From the NCBI GenBank assembly GCA_905178155.1, contig CAJINV010000018.1:662609-726608 (forward strand): a stretch of DNA of 64,000 nt, read 5' to 3'. Every line of letters begins with the position of its first letter. The stretch's first letter is position 1. The notes below the pieces were generated by a model, which did no database searches, was not told the DNA's origin, and saw only the letters and a list, made by a program, of their open reading frames with translations. The translations under genes were made by a program, and so were the position numbers. This stretch comes from Amoebophrya sp. A120 (taxonomy: Eukaryota; Protista; Dinoflagellata). Shown here piece by piece: positions 61,500 through 64,000 of this stretch.

Positions 61500-62415
61500 T
61501 CTGGTACTTGAGCTCTGTGCTGGCGAATAGCCAACCCGCGTGGACAGGGCACTCATGCGGGCTGACGGACGAAGAAAATCACGTGGGTCCTCGTGGTTCT
61601 CGACGCGGCTACAGCTTCCTGGTGTTTGAAAAAGGACTTGTTCGCAGGACGAGAAAAAGTTTCTGTGGCGTGATGAAGTCTCGTCATGTGCTGGAGAAAG
61701 TGAAAGATGACGGCATCAAGGAAAACATAAGAAAGCGATAAATAAAGTAGAAGCATGTAGATTTTCAACCATCATGTCTGATATTCCCGTTGGCCATGAC
61801 ATCTCTACAACAAAATTGTGTTCAAGATAACATGCAAGCAAGCATGTCGGCTCTACTTCGTTCCGAGTCGTGTACTTGTGTACTAGTACTACTTCATTCT
61901 TTCCCGCCGTGTTTTTGTTTCTGCAGGTGTTTCTGCAGGTATTGAAATGATTTTCCTTGTTCATGCTTCTTGCTTTCTACGTTGACACTTTTTTTCAAAC
62001 GATACAGTTCTTGGTTTTGGACTTGATTTTTTCTTCCACGAAGGATAATTCCGGTTCCACCGCTGCGTCCAGGAGTACGCTGAACTGAAACGCCAAGCTT
62101 GGGATTCTTCACCAGGAAAGCGGACCAAGAAGAGCAACTACGCTTTCTTTTACAGGAGGCTATGGAGGTGGCGCTGCTCGCTTTTCTACTAGTTCGTCCG
62201 TTTAATACTCCCGTAGTGCAACTTCTTGATGATGAGCAGCAGCTCCGGGTTGAAGTTGATTTCCACCAGGCCGCGCAGATGAGCCAGGCTTCCGTGGCCT
62301 CGTCCGCCTGTCGATCGCGGTATTCTGCTGCGCAAGAAGCTTGAGCACGAAAATTCCACCAGATGTTGTGCTCTTCTGTCGTCCGCTCGTGAACGACGAC
62401 CAGCAACGGAAGGTC

Positions 62416-62720
62416 TATGGAAGTGCCAGAATGGAAATCCTCGACGTGGAAATAATTTGTGATGCATGACATGCGACGCAAAAAAGACTGCATTGCAGAG
62501 GACGCAATGGAGGCCGACTATTGTCCTTCCACGGGTTAAGAATTGGAGTGCTGATTAGCACGAGAGAAGGGCGTCCCTTTGCGTTAACCAGCATGACAGA
62601 CATGCTTTGAGTGCCCGGGAGATTTGTCATGCGCCGCCCAGAAGTGGCGCTTCAACTGGAGTGCTTTTCTGCATTACAAACCATTTCCACTTTGAGGACT
62701 TCCAACCTGAGGCTTTCATA
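62416..62720. mobile_element. TIR introner family A (inverted relative to 10165-10502)
   Basis: tatggaagtgccagaatggaaatcctcgacgtggaaat / atttccactttgaggacttccaacctgaggctttcata; TSD aggtc/aggtc; host gene frame not resolved. Confidence 0.92.
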
Positions 62721-62838
62721 AGGTCGCTTCAGGTTGTATACACGACCTTGTTGGCCACGTACTACTGCAACTACACGTAGAAGTAGTCCAAGCCTGGTCT
62801 TGCCACTGACGTGCTGTACGGAAGCGCGCAGGAGCAAG

Positions 62839-63024
62839 TATCCTGTGCAAAAGTATCGCAATGATCGTCCTAATCGCAATCATGCAACACAAATGTCACT
62901 CATCTTTAGCTAAATCGCCCATGACAAATGTGACAAATTCCATTTGTCATCAACATGCTGAGCTAAAGATTTGCATTCTGTATATTTTTACCTACATACT
63001 AATCCGATACTTTTCCAATTCATA
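62839..63024. mobile_element. TIR introner family B
   Basis: tatcctgtgcaaaagtatcg / cgatacttttccaattcata; flanks gcaag/cgaag. Confidence 0.82.
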
Positions 63025-64000
63025 CGAAGTCTTGCAAACCAAAACTTCACGCTCGTGCCTGTTTGCCGACAGCTCCGTTCGTCCCTCTCGTCGTGCTGAT
63101 AGAAAAGACTTCCACCTCCGCGACAAGTTGCTTGTTCCTCCGACCACACTGCGAGAAGTTCGTTGCAGAAGGTCCTCGCTTTTTTCCGTGATGTGTTGAA
63201 GTCGTCCACGACCGCCAGGGCGATGCGTTCTCCTCGCTAGATAGGTACTAGACTGGCCCTGATTTTTTCGCGAGCAAGTCGAACAAGTTGTGGATGATGG
63301 TCGTGACGAACTAGGACGACACCAGCAACCACCGCTCGTTGGATGAATCAAACACGGTGTGCCACGCCGCGTCTGCTTGTGCGTGACCAAGGAGATCTTC
63401 CCACCTGCTCGTTGTGCAAGAGGTAGAGTAGAACCTCGTCCGCGCTCTTCTCGCTTGTCCTATTTGTTGCAGACCTGCACGACCAGCTTTTTCTAGTACT
63501 ACAGCTTCTTCCCCGACCAGCGGCACGACACGACAGGTTGTTTCCTTCGTGGTGACAGCTGTTCAGCAGCTCAAGAAGAATACAGCACTTGAGCTTCTTT
63601 GCAAGAGCTCGTCCTCTTGTTGACCAAAAAAAAAATATTCTACAGAATTTTTTCAGATGAATGTGGTCTTCTTTGTCTTCATCCTCGGGGCGAGGGGAGG
63701 ACAAAACTCCAGCAGAAGCTACGATGCCAACATTCAGAGGGGAAGAACTTGTTGTAGTTGTTCTATGTGCCGTACGACGCTGTAGCTCGTGCTCATCATC
63801 TACACAGAGAAAGAACATGTTGACCCCAGCTGTTCTCTTTCATTTAAAGATTTTTTGGATTCAACTATCTGCCTTCGCGTGTGTTTCTTTTGGATCGTAA
63901 TGCAGCGTTCGCTCTCGTACTCGTTCTTGGGGCCAGTGATGCAAAAGCATACATAACTTTTATGACGCCTACTACGTAGCTCAGGAGACGAAACGCAGTT

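Noticed and set aside
2913-63024. Nucleosome-quantised element lengths
   Set aside because: Lengths from ~150 to ~440 bp form a near continuum in this small sample

Overview
Eukaryotic genomic DNA, most likely from the parasitic dinoflagellate Amoebophrya (Syndiniales); this is inferred from intron architecture, not from a marker gene. The ORF track looks fragmentary because genes are split by about 35 short (roughly 150-440 bp, one tentative copy about 590 bp) MITE-like elements of at least four sequence families. They share TAY...RTA termini, terminal inverted repeats (TIRs) and a 5-bp target-site duplication (TSD). Removing each element plus exactly 5 nt by hand rebuilds intact proteins: a complete guanidinoacetate N-methyltransferase (GAMT; 13 such introns plus 3 GT-AG introns), a TKL-type protein kinase, a hypothetical gene with 4 such introns, and a ~2,620-aa pseudokinase with two macro/PARG-like domains. 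Almost none of these introns can be read as GT-AG, and they occur in both orientations. Mismatches between TSD copies place the junction 1-2 nt before the 5' TIR and 3-4 nt after the 3' TIR. One kinase intron is a stack of three elements that appears to need ordered removal. Also present: a young 5'-truncated RTE-like LINE with a zinc-finger insertion and 12-bp TSD, a low-complexity repeat protein, tandem duplications, and an array of a palindrome and hairpin repeats bracketed by three ~45-bp direct repeats. All splicing calls are manual inferences with no transcript data; coordinates may be off by a few bases.
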